64,000 nt of DNA, taken from assembly GCF_006345805.1 (NCBI RefSeq), contig NC_042999.1, positions 128,774,001 to 128,838,000 on the forward strand. The letters are read 5' to 3'. The position numbers and the translations under genes are program-made. Source of the stretch: Octopus sinensis. Lineage: Eukaryota. This document shows, one piece after another, positions 11,636 to 22,689 of this stretch. The notes under the pieces were generated by a model, which was not told where the DNA came from, searched no databases, and worked only from the letters and a program-made list of their open reading frames with translations. The first letter of the stretch is position 1, and every line of letters starts with the position of its first letter.

Positions 11636-12200
11636 CTAGCTGAATGACCTGGCATTTCCTGGGTTACTACTGTTCTTAAATTAGTAAACAATAAATATAA
11701 AGATATATCAATAATATTAATATGCTAACGTTTTGTTTTTGTACGTACCTGTTGTGTGCGTCACTCTTACTTAAAAGAAGTGGCAAAGCAAGAGAGAGGA
11801 GGACTGAGAGGAAGTAGGAGAGAAAGAAAGAAAAAAAGTGAAAGAGACAGTGAGTGGTGGTGGCGTTCATTTTGTGCTTTTAAATGTTTCAGAGAGAAAG
11901 TGAAGGAGACAGTGAGTGGTGACAGTGTTCGTTTTGTGTTTTAAATGTTTCAGAGAGGACATAAGAGAGTGAGAGAGACAGAAAAAGTGAGAGTGAAAGA
12001 GACAGTGAGTGATGACGGCATTCGTTTTGTGTTTTTAAATGTTTATCACATCGCAAGAGAAGCAGATACATAGATACATATACACATTGTTAAATCAAAA
12101 GCAGGAGAGAAGAGGGACACAAGGAAGTGAAAGAGAAAGAGAGAAGTGAGAAAGACAGTAGATACATAAATCCAAAGAAAAGTTCATACATAGATACATA
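11636..12200 (-). mobile_element. Non-autonomous Helitron-like element (3' end clear, 5' end approximate)
   Basis: The minus strand ends CCCAGGAAATGCCAGGTCATTCAG-CTAG|T (hairpin plus CTAG), similar to the 3' end at 14504-14531. Internal ~60-bp GA-rich repeats at 11810-12045. Confidence 0.55.
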
Positions 12201-12395
12201 AACACAGCAAATATTGGCTATCAATTTCACTTTTCATTACCACACGAGAATAAAATTAACTCACAAATGGCTGAGTACTCCACAGACATGCATAACATTA
12301 ACATAGTTCTCAGGGAGGTTCAGCCTTACACAGAATATGATAAGGCTGGCCCCTTTGAATAACAGCTACAACTGGAGACATTATATATATATATA

Positions 12396-13375
12396 TCATC
12401 ATCATCATCATCATCATCATTTAGCGTCCGTTTTCCATGCTAGCATGGGTTGGATGGTACAACTGGGGTCTGTGAAGCCAGAAGGCTGCACCAGGCCCAG
12501 TCTGATTTGGCAGTGTTTCTACGGCTGGATGCCCTTCCTAACGCCAACCACTCCGCGAGTGTAGTGGGTGCTTTTTACATGCCAGACAGAGCTGGCAAAC
12601 GGCCACGAATGGATGGTGCTTTTACGTGCCACCGGCACGGGGGCCAGGCGAGGCTGGCAACGGACACGAACGGATGGTGCTTTTACGTGCCACCAGCACG
12701 GAGACCAGTCGGGGCGGCACTGGCAACGGCCACAAACGGATGGTTTGCTTACTTGTCACCGGCACTGGTATCACAGCCGCAATTTCCATTGATGTTGATC
12801 GACTTCGATTTTGGTTCTGCTTTTTGATATCTGATTTGATTTTGATTTTCACTTGCCTCAACGGGTCTTCACAAGTGGAGTTTTGTGTCCCAAGAAGGAA
12901 AGGTATGTATAAGTCGACTGGCTACATACCAGGTAGAGGCCACGGGTTATGGTCTCACTAGTCTTGCCGGGTCTTCTCACGCACAGCATACTTCCATAGG
13001 TCTCGGTCTCTAGTCATTTCCTTGGTGAGACCTAAAGTTCGAAGGTTGTGCTTCACCACCTCGTCCTAGGTTTTCCTGGGTCTACCTCTTCCACAGGTTC
13101 CCTCAACTGCTAGGGTGTGGCACTTTTGCACACAACTATCTTCAGCCATTCTCGTCACATGACCATACCAGCGCAAACATCTCTCTTGCACACCACAACT
13201 GATGCTTCTTAGGTCCAACTTTTCTTTCAAGGTACTTACACTCTGTCGATTATGAACACTGACATTACACATCCATCGGAGCATACTGGCTTCATTTCTT
13301 GCGAGCTTACGCATATCCTCAGCAGTCACAGCCCATGTTTCACTACCATGTAGCATGGCTGTACGTACACATGCA
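12396..13375 (-). mobile_element. 5'-truncated RTE LINE copy (RT C-terminus plus 3' UTR)
   Basis: MLHGSETWAVTAEDMRKLARNEASMLRWMCNV...RWYGHVTRM...GRGRPRKT is near-identical to the C-terminus of ORF 49969-51102. (CAT)n tail at 12396-12420 and (TA)n on both flanks. Confidence 0.92.
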
Positions 13376-13473
13376 TATATATATATATGTGTATATATAT
13401 ATCTCTTATGATAAAAGGCAGATTTTCTCTGCCTGTTACCATGTTCGTTTTTAATACAATTCTACAATATAGA

Positions 13474-13930
13474 ATTTCTTCAATTGGAATTTACCTATGA
13501 TTTTTCGAAGTAGATTCGATTGGGTCATGGCATATAAAGTTTTTTCAATTTGACCCCCAATTAAGCAAAAATTCGAGAAAAGTAAATATTTTATGATTTG
13601 CCTCTCTAATTTCAACTGCCTCACTCCTCCTATTACCATACTTTCTCCTACTTTCTCTTTGCAAGTGTACCTTAAACCACTACTCAAAAAAAAATACAGA
13701 GCAAACAGAAACAAATAAATACATAACGATTTACTCCTCACACAATTTCTTCAATTGGAATTTACCTATGATTTTTCGAAGTACATTCCATTCAGTCATG
13801 GCATATAAATTTCTTTCAATTTGACCCCCAATTAAGCAAAAATTCGAGAAAACTCAATATTTTACGATTTCCCTCTCTCACTTCAAAGGCTTTACTCCGC
13901 CTATTACCACACTTTCTCCCACTTTCTCTT
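13474..13930. repeat. Two-copy tandem duplication, ~270-bp period
   Basis: AATTTCTTCAATTGGAATTTACCTATGATTTTTCGAAGTA...TTTGACCCCCAATTAAGCAAAAATTCGAGAAAA occurs at ~13474 and ~13744. Confidence 0.85.
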
Positions 13931-14147
13931 TACACACATAGACACGCAAACATATACATATATGACAGTGTCAATTGTTGAAAGAAACTTGTAAGCTAAG
14001 AAGGTGTGTGTGTGTGTGTGTGTGTGAGTCTGTGTGTGTGTGAGTGTGTGTGTGTAGGAAGTGAAGGATAAAAATATGGCAAGAAGTGGACAGATGTACA
14101 TATATACATACATCCATACATACATACATGTGTGTGTGTGTGTGTTA

Positions 14148-14530
14148 TCTCTATATAAAGCTGAAGTTGTCTGTGTGCGACAGGTTTGGTAGCCTTCAAC
14201 TAACACTATCTCCTCTGAGACCCTGCGGTGCAAGTTGACCAAAATTGAGAGTATGATAGAAGGGTTGCTCTTCCTTCCGTAGAAGATAAAATTCAAATCG
14301 GACCATGTTAACACCAAAAATTATTTACATCAAAAAGGTGCCTTTTTCTATGAAAATCCTTATTTTTTACGATTTTTTCACTGCTGTGTCGCCACTTTTC
14401 GGTGTATTTCAACCAGAAAAATGTTCACTTGAAGAGAATAACAAGCTACATAATGCAAAATTTTTACTTTTCAAAAATTCAAATTCCAGCGGGTCGAAAC
14501 AAACCCGAGCAATGCCGGGCGATACTGCTA

Positions 14531-14531
<1 letters not shown>
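14148..14531 (+). mobile_element. Complete non-autonomous Helitron (384 bp)
   Basis: Begins A|TC (TCTCTATATAAAG) and ends with the GC-rich hairpin CCCGAGCAATGCCGGG then CTAG|T. It is inserted between A and T without a TSD, which are the canonical Helitron hallmarks. Confidence 0.75.
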
Positions 14532-14581
<50 letters not shown>

Positions 14582-14714
14582 TGTATTTGTGTGTGTGTGT
14601 AGTTTATGTTAATTAAAACATGTTTGTGATAATAAGTGTCGTGTGGTGGAAATAAATGCCATTACCAAACATTCATTCATTATTTCATTCTTTTGCATTT
14701 CAATTAGTACATTT

Positions 14715-15095
14715 GTACCCAGAAATTTTCAACAACCGCACACCAGAAGAAATGCAAAAATGAGTGATTTTATCTCCTAAAAATTCTGACTGTCTTGCAA
14801 TAAATGAAAAAGTTTTTAATATTATACCAGAGGTCCATAAAACGTACTTAAGCACAGATTCAGTATCCTGCAATAATGAAGAGGAGGTTCAGAACTATCC
14901 ATTTGAATTCATAAACTCACTCACTCCATCCGGTATGCCTCCTCATCGCCTCAACTTAAAAGTATGGGCTATTGTAATGCTGCTAAGAAATCTTTCAATC
15001 AGTCAAGGATTTTGTAATTGAACTCGCATGAAAGTGCAAAGACTTCATGAACATTGTGTAGAGGCATCATTGGTAACAGGCTCCAACAGTGAACA
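14715..15095 (+). pseudogene. Helitron PIF1-like helicase fragment
   Basis: ILSPKNSDCLAINEKV...TYLSTDSV...NYPFEFINSLTPSGMPPHRLNLKVWAIVMLLRNLSISQGFCN*TRMKVQRLHEHCVEASLVTG matches the recalled Helitron motif YPxEFLNSLxPSGMPPHxLxLKVGxxVMLLRNL....GLCNGTR. One conserved Gly reads Trp and another reads stop. Confidence 0.88.
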
Positions 15096-15938
15096 CTGTT
15101 GTTCATTCAGTGTCCAGGCTGCAACTAAGCTAAACTCTTTCAAAATTGGTGCTTTTTTAGTGTTGGGCTGTACAGTCATGACAGACACGAGACAGATATA
15201 CATTCATGCACACCTCTGGCCTATTGCTGTCCCCTTGTGTGTCTGTCTTTCTTTAGATGTGTGCATAGTGTGTATGTGTCAGTCATCACAGAAATGTATG
15301 TATACTGACAGATACATACATCTTCACATACACACACATATACTTATCAGTCATGGGCCTAATGTACATAATGGACAAGCAACACACACACACTGACAGA
15401 CATACAGACTCATTTAGGAAAATGTGACATTGCTGTTGTGGTATAAAATGTCATTTACAATAGGTGACTTATATAAAGATTATAGTGTCAAATTTTTGTA
15501 ATGTAAATATGTAAATGAAAACAAAGTTTATTTAGTAGCCAAAAGATTAGTGAATCTTTTGATACCTTTTATGTTAAAATTGGCAGCTCAGTTTTCGAAT
15601 CCAGAAGGAACATATGAACACACACACACACACACACATAAATTCCCTTTTATATATATATATATATATATACAGCAATAAGAAAATGGAGATCAAGAGG
15701 TGGTATTCATCAACTTTTAGACATTATATTATGTCTATTTATTATTTTTTTAAAATGACAATTATAACAATACACATACATGTATAACATTATGCTTTAC
15801 ATATACAATATATAAAATATAAACATACCAGTAATTAATAAAATATATAATGTAGAGCATAGAAAGTAGGATAATATCTTACAGGTGTTTCAGCCAAGAG
15901 GCCATAGCACCCCATATATATATATATATATATATATA

Positions 15939-16237
15939 TGTTGCCAGTGCCGCTGGACTGGCTCCTGTGCAGGTGGCACATAAAAAGCACCATTTGAGCG
16001 TGGCTGTTGCCAATACCGCCTGACTGGCCCTTATGCCGGTGACACGTAAAAGCACCCACTACACTCTTGGAGTGGTTGCCCTTAGGAAGGGCATCCAACT
16101 GTAGAAACTTTGCCAGATCAGATTAGAGCCTGGTGCAGCCATCTGGTTCGCCAGACCTCAGTCAAATCATCCAAACCATGCTAGCATGGAAAGTGGATGT
16201 TAAACGATGAATATGATGATAATGTTGATGATGATAT
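15939..16237 (+). mobile_element. RTE LINE 3' fragment in (TA)n
   Basis: Family 3' UTR ending CATGCTAGCATGGAAAGTGGATGTTAAACGATGA..., flanked by (TA)n on both sides. Confidence 0.85.
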
Positions 16238-16278
16238 ATATATATATACTATCATGTGATGTCAATATATATATATAT

Positions 16279-17250
16279 AAAAGCACCGTCCGTTCGTGGC
16301 CGTTTGCCAGCTCTGTCTGGCCCCGTGCCGGTGACACGTAAAAGCACCATCCGCTCATGTTCGTTGCTAGCCTCGGCTGGCAACCGTGCCGGTGACACGT
16401 GAAAGCACCTTTCTACTCGTGTTCGTTGCCAGCCTCGGCTGGCCCCCGTGCCGGTGACACGTAAAAGCACCGTCCATTCGTGCCCGTTTGCCAGCTCTGT
16501 CTGGCCCCGTGTCGGTGACACGTAAAAGCACCATCCGCTCGTGTTCGTTGCCAGCCTCAGCTGGCCCCCGTGCTGGTGACACGTAAAAGCACCATCCGCT
16601 CGTGTTCGTTGCCAGCCTCAGCTGGTCCCCGTGCCGGTGACACGTAAAAGCACCGTCCGTTCGTGGCCGTTTGCCAGCTCTGTCTGGCCCTGTATCGGTG
16701 ACACGTAAAAGCACCATCCGCTCGTGTTCGTTGCCAGCCTCGGCTGGCCCCCGTGCCGGTGACACGTAAAAGCACCATCCGTTTGTGTTCGTTGCCAGCC
16801 TCGGCTGGCCCCCGTGCCGGTGACACGTAAAAGCACCATCCGTTCGTGGCCGTTTGCCAGCTCTGTCTGGCCCCGTGTCGGTGACACGTAAAAGCACCAT
16901 CCGCTCGTGTTCGTTGCCAGCCTCGGCTGGCCCCCGTGCCGGTGACAAGTAAAAGCACCATCCGCTCGTGTTCATGCCAGCCTCGGCTGGCCCCGTGCCG
17001 GTGACACATAAAAGCACCATCTGTTCGTGGCCGTTGTGTCAGCTCTGTCTGGCACCTGTGCAGGTGGCACGTAAAAAACACCCACTACACTCGCGGAGTG
17101 GTTGGCGTTAGGAAGGACATCCAGCCGTAGAAACACTGCCAAATCTGACTGGGCCTGATGAAGCCTTCCGGCTTCACAGACCCCAGTTAAACCGTCCAAC
17201 CCATGCTAGCATGGAAAACGGACGCTAAATGATGATGATGATGATGATGA
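16279..17250 (+). mobile_element. RTE LINE 3' fragment carrying a 13-unit ~61-bp minisatellite
   Basis: Units start AAAGCACC at ~61-bp spacing from 16280 to 17011. They are followed by the conserved family terminus and a (GAT)n tail, with (TA)n on both flanks. Confidence 0.9.
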
Positions 17251-17462
17251 TATATATATATATATCTTGACATCCCATGATAGTTGTAAACAAGAGTCAC
17301 TATCATACAAGTGGTTTCATTTATTTCCAAACTTCATCATGAAAGTATGTCCAGTCATGGAGAAATATTATCTTACTTGCAAACAAGGATTGGCAACAGG
17401 AAGGGCATCAGGCTGAAGAAAATCTGCCTTAAATTCTATCTGGCCAAGCACGGTAGGTGGTT

Positions 17463-18120
17463 GTTTAACTCTTTCACAAGCAGATAATTTTTTTAAATCT
17501 CTGTAGCGAGTGAATAATTTTCACAAAATTTGCATTCCAATATTGTTCTATAGTGTGTTTAGACATGAGTCCAATATTCTAAAGCAAACTGACAAAATTG
17601 TCATAACCTTTCAAGCATTAGAATTGCCACGGATGCATTTTGGAATGATTTTGAAGTGATCCCATGTTTCTCGTGTGCTAAGTGAAATATTGGTTTCTGT
17701 CACAAGATAATTTTAAAGTGAAGGCTCAATACCAACAGTAGCATAAAAAAAAAAATTATTAATAGGCTTATCTTCATTTGCATCAGGAGTGTCAGTCATT
17801 TTTCAAGTCACTTACACATATCAAGTTATCTTACACATATCAAGTTATCTGAAGTTATCAGAGGTACCAGCATCACCATGCAATTCATTTCCATAGCAGA
17901 CTCAGCATACCCTCACTATCTACATCACTTGCATATGCATCATACTTGTTATCTGAATTGGTACCTGAGTCATAAAAATAGGACAAATTAAGATCAATAT
18001 CACTATCCAGAGTGTCATTGTTATTGTCAGACACCTCTAAGATAACAAACATTTTGTCTATACTGAATAAAGACTGTCTTGTGAGTAGAACAATACGAAC
18101 CATTGGGTGCCGCCATAATG
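17463..18120 (-). mobile_element. Possible piggyBac-like relic
   Basis: Acidic segment DNNNDTLDSDIDLNLSYFYDSGTNSDNKYDAYASDVDSE, a downstream EYWT, and TTAA-CTCTTT at 17466. The resemblance is loose. Confidence 0.2.
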
Positions 18121-19159
18121 TTCTTGAGAATTTGAATCTATTAAGATACCATTCTAAATATATGTTGTAATGACATGCAAATCACAGGAATTCTATAGAA
18201 TGCATACAGTGGTGTTTTGTAATGATATTTTGACACATCAATATTCAATGATCAGCCCATAGGAAAATGCCTTACATTGAGCACTGGCAAAAAACGGCCA
18301 AAATGTTGTTCAGTGACAGTGGTGGCAGTGATGACGACAATTTTTCAAAGAAAATTCTATAAACCAATTTTTAATTAGAGGAGGAAAGGTAGTCTGCATG
18401 ACTTTTGTGAGGATTCAGAGGCTGGGAAGGTGAGAAAAGGGCAGGAAAAATGACTTCTCATGAGCAGGAGGAAAGTACACATCAAATTACTGAATTATCC
18501 TGAGATGAGAAACCGTGTCCAAATGTTTGCCAGAAAGCAAACTTTGTTGAAGGAATCATTGGGCTAAGTGATGGCACTAAACAATGTGAAGAATAAGGTC
18601 TACTACCTAAGACATAACATACATTAATACATAGATTTCAAAGATATCATAGAATAAAATTTATAAATTTCTTTTCAGGATATAGACCACCACAGAATTA
18701 AGAGCAAATCAAAGAAGAAAGCTTCTGCATATTTTTCAAATTCAGAACATCACCCGTGAATGTAATTAACCAAATTTATGCTATTGAAATGGACTATTTC
18801 CTGTGTTTTAAATAATGTAAATTATACTAAACAAAGATTATTCACAAATCTTTGTTAGTTGATTAGCAAGCTGAAATAGACTCTACCTAAGCTATGTTAA
18901 TATTTAATAGTGACATAGGTAGCAAGCTAGCAGAGTTAGCATGCTGAACAAAATGTTAAGTAGCATTTCGTCCGTCTTTATGTTCTCAGTTCAAATTCCT
19001 CTGAGGTCAACTGTGTCTTTCATCCTTTCGGGGGTCGATAAAATAATACCAGTTGAGTACTTGGCTCAATGTAAACAACTTACTCCCACCCCCAAAATAC
19101 TGGCCTTGTGCCAAAATTTGAAATTGGTATTTAATAGTGACTTTCCCCCTAAGTATGAT

Positions 19160-20450
19160 GCTCCACCTCCTAAACACAGCCTCGATCACTGATTCCCAAC
19201 ACGGCTTCGTGCCGAAGGGATCATGCTTGACCAACTTACTAGTAATGGAAGAATTGGTGACGCGCATCCTCGATGATAGTGATGCTGTTGACATCGTTTT
19301 ATTGGACTTTGCCAAAGCTTTTGACTTGGTAAACCACCGCCTACTACTTGTCAAGCTTCAAGCATATAGTTTCCATCCGGATATTGTACGATGGGTTGGT
19401 GCCTTCCTCTCAGATCGCTCCTTCCAAGTTCAAGTTAATGGTTCGCGGTTCGACGTCTCCAGTGCGAGCAGTGGCGTGCCTCAAGGTTCAGTGCTTGGGC
19501 CCTTGTTGTTCTTAGTCTTCATAAATGACTTGCCCGATGACCTCACGCAACACACTCTTCTATTTGCCGATGATATCAAACTGGTCGCTCCTCGCGGTAG
19601 TATAGAGGATCTTTGTTGATGCCTCCACCAAATTTGGAAGTGGTCTAACGATTGGGACCTGTGTCTGAACGTGTCAAAGTGCTGTCATCTGCCTGTCGGC
19701 TCTACTCCTGCAACTCAACTTGATTTCGAGCCGGGTCGTCTGCTGCTGGAGAGGACCGATCAGGTAAAGGACCTGGGTATCTTGGTGGATTCCTCTTTTA
19801 GGCCTTCGGCCCAGTGCGTCCATGCTGCCAACAAAGCACGCGGAATTCTGTTTTTGATTCAACGGTCATTCGGAATGCTCACAGCAGCCATATTCCTACC
19901 ACTCTATGTCACGCTGGTGAGACCCATATTGGAGTATGGGATTCAAGCCTCTTCTCCTTATCTCCTCAAAGACATACAGCATCTCGAAAGAGTCCAGAAG
20001 CTGGCTACCCGCATGGTTCATGGTCTCAAAAATTTGTCCTACGAAGAAAGGCTGAGGACGTTCGACCTTTATTCTCTTGAAAAATGCCGCCGCCGTGGTG
20101 ATCTCATTCTCGCCCACAACATCATAAGCGGGAAGTGTAACCTCTCGAAAGAGCTGTTCTTCACTCCTGCTCCGGAGCGTCGGCTGCGGGGTCATTCCGA
20201 AAAGCTCTACCTGCAACGATTTCATCTCAATCGAAGGAGAGGAGCTTTCTCCGTCCGGGTTGCAGATCCGTGGAACAAGCTGCCAGACGAGATGGTGAAG
20301 ATGCCGACGACCGCTTTGTTCAAAGCCTCCCTGGACCTCAAGTGGCCTGAACTCTTTACATGAACACCACCCTGTACTTAACTCCATGTCCCCCTACATG
20401 GCCTTGCTATTTGCTTTTGAGCCAAATTAACTAACTAACTAACTAACTAA
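19160..20450 (+). mobile_element. 5'-truncated CR1-like LINE, RT region with one in-frame stop
   Basis: ORFs 19137-19619 and 19671-20363 are in the same frame, split by one TGA (19617-19619). Motifs: SQHGFVPKGSCLTNLL, LDFAKAFD, SGVPQGSVLGPLLF, LFADDIK, KDLGI, LVRPILEYG, LERVQKLATR, RRRGDLI, FSVRVADPWNKLP. The 3' UTR has the stem-loop CCATGT-CCCCCT-ACATGG (20384-20401) and a (TAAC)n tail. Confidence 0.93.
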
Positions 20451-21689
20451 GTGTGTAAATTTGAGAGATTGATCCTTAATTGTTTTAAATAATCCCCACT
20501 TTTTACTGGATGAAGCTTGCAATTATTGTTTGGTTTTTGGTTTTCTTTCTTCAACTAAGAGAAAATTTCAATTAATTAAGAATTATTTGCATACAACATT
20601 CAGTTCATTAGTTCTTAATTATCCAAATCAATACCATTGAGCCATTTGTGTTATTTCCCTTACTTCTTTTGATTCTATTTTTGATTATGCAAATTTAATT
20701 ATACCAATTTCAAATTATTCATTTCTCTTTTCCTAACTGTAAAACTTTCTATCATCTGATAAGCAGACTTGGTTTATTCTATGTTGATGACATTTAGATA
20801 AACTAAAATGTGTCTATAACCCGCCCTTGTCTAAAAACACAAATTAACTTTATGAGATTAATTCTTAAATTTTTAAATTGTCTCACTTTTTCTTTGGGGG
20901 GTTAATAATTGCAATCAGATTTTTGCTTTTCTCCAACTTAAAGACAAATTTCAACTAATAATAATTACTTTTTATAGGCATGTCTGTATGGTTAAGAAGT
21001 TTGTTTTCCAAACATGTGGTTTGGGGTTCAATGCCACCGCATAGTACCTTGGACAGGTGTTTTCTAGTATTGTTCAGGCCGACCTTAGCCTTAAGAATGG
21101 ATTAGGTAAACATAATTGGAATTGTATGGATATGATGTGTATGTACTTTCAACAGTTGTAAACAAGTGTTACTGTCATACAAGCAGTGTCGTTTGTTTCA
21201 AATCTTTCATGAAAACATAGCCTGTCATGGCGAAATATTAACTTACTTGGAAATAAGTGATAGCTGGAAACAGGAAGGGCTGTGGAAAATTTCAAAAATT
21301 TCATCTGATCCACGAACACAGAAAAGTAGACATTAAAACAATAATGATGGTATATGTACAGGATTCATAATTTTACTCCTTTAATTATTTTCAAATTTAT
21401 ATTGACACAAAGAAAAATCTGAAGTAAAATGGTTCATAAACAGCAAAAGTTGGCCATTTTAAATAAAAGTTGGTCAGGAATTAAAGAATTAACTGAGCAT
21501 TCACAAACTGAAGGAACTAAAGGCAATGTAATGCCATAATTTGCAGTTTATTGAAACTTTGAATTTCAAGCTTCAACTTTTGTAAATGATATTTGATAAT
21601 TTCTTGTTACTTCATTGTACATCTATTTTTCCATTCTTGCATGGATTGAAGGAATACTTGTTACTGAGGCATTATTTTTTTACAGTCTG

Positions 21690-22185
21690 ATAACACCCTT
21701 CTCTTGTAAGGAACTGCATCCTCCTCAGTTTTCAATTTCTCCACCATACTCAAAAAGTAAAACGAGTTGGTTTCAGTTACACTTCTATTTAGGTTGAAAA
21801 GGTTTGGGAAACAGTTCAAAATAATGTAAAACAAGGTAGTGATAGAACATCAACTGAAAATCTTTCTTTAAAAAAACATAGGTGAAAATGACAAAAATGC
21901 AGTAGTACAAACGTCAGAGAAAAAGGCACTCATAAAAGAAAATAGACTAAGTAAAGATAATACACATAGTTGGGGTTTTAAGCAGACAACAGCATAGCTT
22001 GTGACAATGGAAACGGTGGCTTTTGATCAGCTAAAATTACCCAAAATGTGCAAGCTTTAAAAGCTATTATCTTTTTATTTATTAACTTATTGCAAAAATG
22101 AATTTCATTTCCATAATTAGCATACAAAACTACATCAGTACACTCAGTTTGAAAACAATAGAAGCAAAAGTAAAAGTAAAGATCC
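21690..22185 (-). mobile_element. Old Merlin-like element fragment (same family as 29314-31145)
   Basis: The minus strand reads ATGGTGGAGAAATTGAAAACTGAGGAGGATGCAG...CAAGAGAAGGGTGTTAT, homologous to 29724-29780. 22025-22185 aligns to the element left end and terminates in AAAGATCC. Confidence 0.6.
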
Positions 22186-22239
22186 CTGAAATTAACTGCA
22201 TTGTCTTTGTGTCCTAAGCCATCTGAATCTGGCAAGAAA

Positions 22240-22500
22240 GGAGACAAATGTCATCCATTTGCCTCAACTCTCTGATTATTGCTTAGTAGACCGATCAAAG
22301 GGAATCTATGGTGGTTCAATCATGGTGCTTCCACTGACGAAATTTTCAATAACCATGCACCATATTACAATCAAATACTCATCACTAGCGGCTTCTCCTA
22401 ACAAATAAAATACATCCATAACACCAGTTATCAAGCAGGCAGACGCCACTGCGCATGCAATTCTTACCACCAGAATTCCTACCTCTTCAAACTATGATGT
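22240..22500 (+). mobile_element. Penelope-like RT thumb relic
   Basis: ASTDEIFNNHAPYYNQILITSGFS*QIKY...AGRRH resembles the recalled Penelope SSxEEIFNxAxPPYQxALxxSGY..xLxY pattern. Confidence 0.4.
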
Positions 22501-22689
22501 TGAGAAGACTGTTAGCTTAGGTGCGTCTTTCATCTTGCTCAAAATAGTCAAATTCAACATTCAACACCAAGGAAAGTCTCTTCTCTCAAATGAATGATTT
22601 TGAAGTGAATCTGAGCCAAAATCTTCCCGAGTTCACTATAACGGCATTTACTCTCTTCATAAAAAGTAGTCAGGCACATAAAAAGTAGT

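Noticed and set aside
16279-17075. CRISPR-like look: constant ~24-bp hairpin-forming segment alternating with variable segments
   Set aside because: The apparent spacers are two recurring homologous variants, the array lies in a LINE 3' UTR, and there are no cas genes. The DNA is eukaryotic.
16252-17199. Long ORFs up to 217 aa with repeated peptides (also 12450-12961, 22699-24481, 49179-49957)
   Set aside because: These arise from GC-rich tandem repeats in RTE UTRs that are open in several frames on both strands. No domain was recognised.
22447-22460. ACTGCGCATGC, NRF1-like promoter motif
   Set aside because: An isolated partial match inside what translates as a Penelope-like relic, with no adjacent gene start.
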